The notes under the pieces: model-generated | The model's database searches: none | What the model was told of the DNA's origin: nothing | Seen by the model: the letters and a program-made list of their open reading frames with translations, nothing else | Shown here: piece after piece, positions 22,196 through 24,000 of the stretch | How the letters are laid out: every line of letters starts with the position of its first letter | How positions within the stretch are numbered: the stretch's first letter is position 1 | Source: Acaryochloris marina S15 | Lineage (GTDB): Bacteria; Cyanobacteriota; Cyanobacteriia; Thermosynechococcales; Thermosynechococcaceae | DNA length: 24,000 nucleotides | Assembly (NCBI RefSeq): GCF_018336915.1 | Contig: NZ_CP064923.1 | Coordinates: 5,020,495-5,044,494 of the forward strand | Reading direction: 5' to 3' | Program-made: the position numbers and the translations under genes

Positions 22196-23137
22196 ATGGT
22201 CGATCGCGATCGTCTATTTAGGGACTTACTCAAAAACTTTTTTCTGGAATTTGTCGATCTCTTCTTTCCAAAAATTGCGGTCGCTATCGACCCCAAATCG
22301 ATTCGATTCCTAGAAGATGAAGAATCCCCTAAACCTCAAGAGCAGGGAGATAATCCTCCTGCCCCTACTGTGCAAGGGGCTAGCTCTAATGTATTAGTGC
22401 AAGTGCGATTACGAGGACAAGAATCATGCTTCTGGGTGCATCTAGAGAATTCATCTGAGACGAATATCAAGCTAGAGCGGCGCATTTTTCATACCTTTGC
22501 TCGCCTGGACGAAAAATATAATTTACCGATCTATCCCATTATTTTGCAATCTTCAGATACGTCTCAACGTCTGGAAACAAATGGGTATCGGGTTGAGTTT
22601 GTCGATCGCAGGGTTTTGGATTTTAGCTTTGTTGCCATTCAACTTCATCGCTTAAACTGGCGTGACTTTTTGCAACGTCGTAATCCAGTAGCGGCAGCAC
22701 TCATGCCCACGATGAACGTTCAAACCTTTGATCGCCCCGTCGTCAAAGCAGAGTGTCTGAGATTGCTGACCAATTTGCGTTTAGACGCTAAGAAGGTCAA
22801 GGTCATCTCTCAATTTATTGAAGCCTTCCTCCATCTCAATGCTGCCGAAGAACAGGTCTTGCAAACAGAGATGGAACGCATGGGCCTATTAGAGCGAGAG
22901 CGGATCACTAATCTGCTGACCAGTACGACTCAAGCCAATCAACAGCAAGGGGCCAAACGAGAAGCCCTAAGCCTAGTTTTTCGACTCTTAAAGCGGCGAG
23001 TTGGGGATCTGAATCCGGATCTTGAAGGTCAGGTCCGAAGCTTGCCGGTCAATCAGGTAGAGGACTTGGGGGAAGCTCTGTTAGATTTCAACAATGCAGA
23101 AGACCTGAAAAACTGGTTACGCGAAAAAACGGCTTAG
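22196..23137 (+). CDS. Rpn-family / DUF4351-type putative PD-(D/E)XK protein (cyanobacterial expanded family), possibly degenerate
   Basis: 313 aa. The N-terminus is DRDRLFRDLLKNFFLEFVDLFFP and the core is RLRGQESCFWVHLENSS...RRIFHTFARLDEKYNLPIYPIIL...LNWRDFLQRRNPVAAALM. The C-terminus is DUF4351-like (EALSLVFRLLKRRVGDLNPDLEGQVRSLPVNQVEDLGEALLDFNNAEDLKNWL). The assignment is from remembered family consensus. Confidence 0.55.
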   Translation: MVDRDRLFRDLLKNFFLEFVDLFFPKIAVAIDPKSIRFLEDEESPKPQEQGDNPPAPTVQGASSNVLVQVRLRGQESCFWVHLENSSETNIKLERRIFHTFARLDEKYNLPIYPIILQSSDTSQRLETNGYRVEFVDRRVLDFSFVAIQLHRLNWRDFLQRRNPVAAALMPTMNVQTFDRPVVKAECLRLLTNLRLDAKKVKVISQFIEAFLHLNAAEEQVLQTEMERMGLLERERITNLLTSTTQANQQQGAKREALSLVFRLLKRRVGDLNPDLEGQVRSLPVNQVEDLGEALLDFNNAEDLKNWLREKTA

Positions 23138-23904
23138 AGCTGCCCCAAAAACTTATGGGTTTGGGGCACAACCCTAATCTGACGACAAATCTGTTTGAGC
23201 TTTCCTTGCCACGTCAACACTTGATTGGGCGTTGGTGGCTGGACTGGGTGTTGCGTAGACAAAGGCGTCACAGGTTGCAAAAAAATCGTCACAGTAGGAC
23301 TAATGTCGGCAACCATCTGGGCAGCTTTGACCAACTCTGTCCAATCAGTTTGTTCGCTAATAATGAGCTTACAAAACACATCTATGTTGGCTTGATGACA
23401 CAGCTCCAAGCTTTGACGATGTTGAGGCCAATGAGTTTCACCACTGACGCTCGGTAACTTCAAATCCATGCCCACACTATCCAGATAGGGTAACAGGGGG
23501 ACAAGGGCTTCAGGATGATGCCCACCCGTTTCTAAATAGATCGGTAATAAAGTCTGTTGCCTGAGTAAAGGCAATAAATCCTGTAGGAATGCCACCTGTA
23601 ATAGGGGTTCTCCGCCAGTCAGGCTGATGCTGTCATGAATCCCAGGCTGATCCTGCTCTTGAACCCACTCTAGGATCTGGGAAAGGGTGACTGGATTTTG
23701 ATACTGGGCAAAATCGCGGCAGCCCGGCGTTTTTTCAATTTGACAGCTACTTTTTGGCGTCCAGGTATGGGCACTGTCACAGAAATGACATCGTAGATCA
23801 CAGCCCCCAAAGCGGATAAAAATTTGACGGGTGCCGACATTCAGCCCTTCCCCTTGAATGGCAGAGAAAATTTCAACTAAGTTGACAGTGGTTGCAGTCT
23901 TCAT
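23134..23904 (-). CDS. queE: 7-carboxy-7-deazaguanine synthase (radical SAM, queuosine pathway)
   Basis: 256 aa beginning VEIFSAIQGEGLNVGTRQIFIRFGGCDLRCHFCDS, which contains the CX3CX2C radical-SAM cluster motif in the QueE N-terminal context. Confidence 0.88.
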   Translation of the reverse strand: MKTATTVNLVEIFSAIQGEGLNVGTRQIFIRFGGCDLRCHFCDSAHTWTPKSSCQIEKTPGCRDFAQYQNPVTLSQILEWVQEQDQPGIHDSISLTGGEPLLQVAFLQDLLPLLRQQTLLPIYLETGGHHPEALVPLLPYLDSVGMDLKLPSVSGETHWPQHRQSLELCHQANIDVFCKLIISEQTDWTELVKAAQMVADISPTVTIFLQPVTPLSTQHPVQPPTPNQVLTWQGKLKQICRQIRVVPQTHKFLGQL

Positions 23905-24000
23905 AAAAGCAAATTCTAGGGAAGTAGAGGCCAGCCCAATCGAGTGAAAACACAGGGACGCTCTAAAGTTAGGTCACATAGGATAGCGGATCGGATAAAC

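Noticed and set aside
23134-23904. queE as part of a 7-deazaguanine DNA-modification (Dpd-like) defence island together with the neighbouring nuclease-fold genes (Rpn-like, sfsA)
   Set aside because: No dpdA/tgt-like, queC/queD or helicase/ATPase genes are adjacent in the window. queE, sfsA and the sigma factor are ordinary core genes. The gene orientations (convergent, separate transcription units) do not suggest an operon.

Overview
The window looks like a cyanobacterial chromosome segment. Support: 11 copies of the HIP1 octamer GCGATCGC, a clpR-clpP3 pair, a group-2 sigma factor, and SLH-domain and TPM-domain proteins. I support about 21 protein genes. In order: a GH57 glycoside hydrolase (partial, minus strand, missing from the ORF track), a Ca2+/H+ antiporter, an SLH-anchored protein with a very long acidic tail, an MltA-like lipoprotein, a ~20-repeat secreted TPR protein, clpP3, clpR, an intact IS1-family element, a SAM methyltransferase translationally coupled to a RidA-like/AroQ chorismate-mutase fusion, an ABC ATPase with a 518-aa polytopic permease, a decayed GNAT remnant, rluD, a PHP phosphoesterase, a TPM-domain protein, a group-2 sigma factor, sfsA, an Rpn/DUF4351-like protein and queE. 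I found no rRNA, tRNA or CRISPR array. Most of the window is core housekeeping. The only clearly accessory patch is 11.45-13.96 kb (the IS element plus the two-gene methyltransferase/Rid-CM operon). I did not find a convincing complete novel multi-gene system such as a defence island. The best follow-up candidates are: (i) the methyltransferase plus Arg-less Rid/chorismate-mutase fusion operon beside the IS; (ii) the IS insertion 120 bp upstream of clpR-clpP3; (iii) the SLH protein with a ~490-aa acidic, Trp/Phe-motif-bearing tail, next to MltA-like and TPR genes; (iv) a collinear sequence element shared by two distant divergent intergenic regions; (v) a GNAT pseudogene carrying a perfect 15-bp hairpin. 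All product calls come from reading motifs by eye; no database search was possible.
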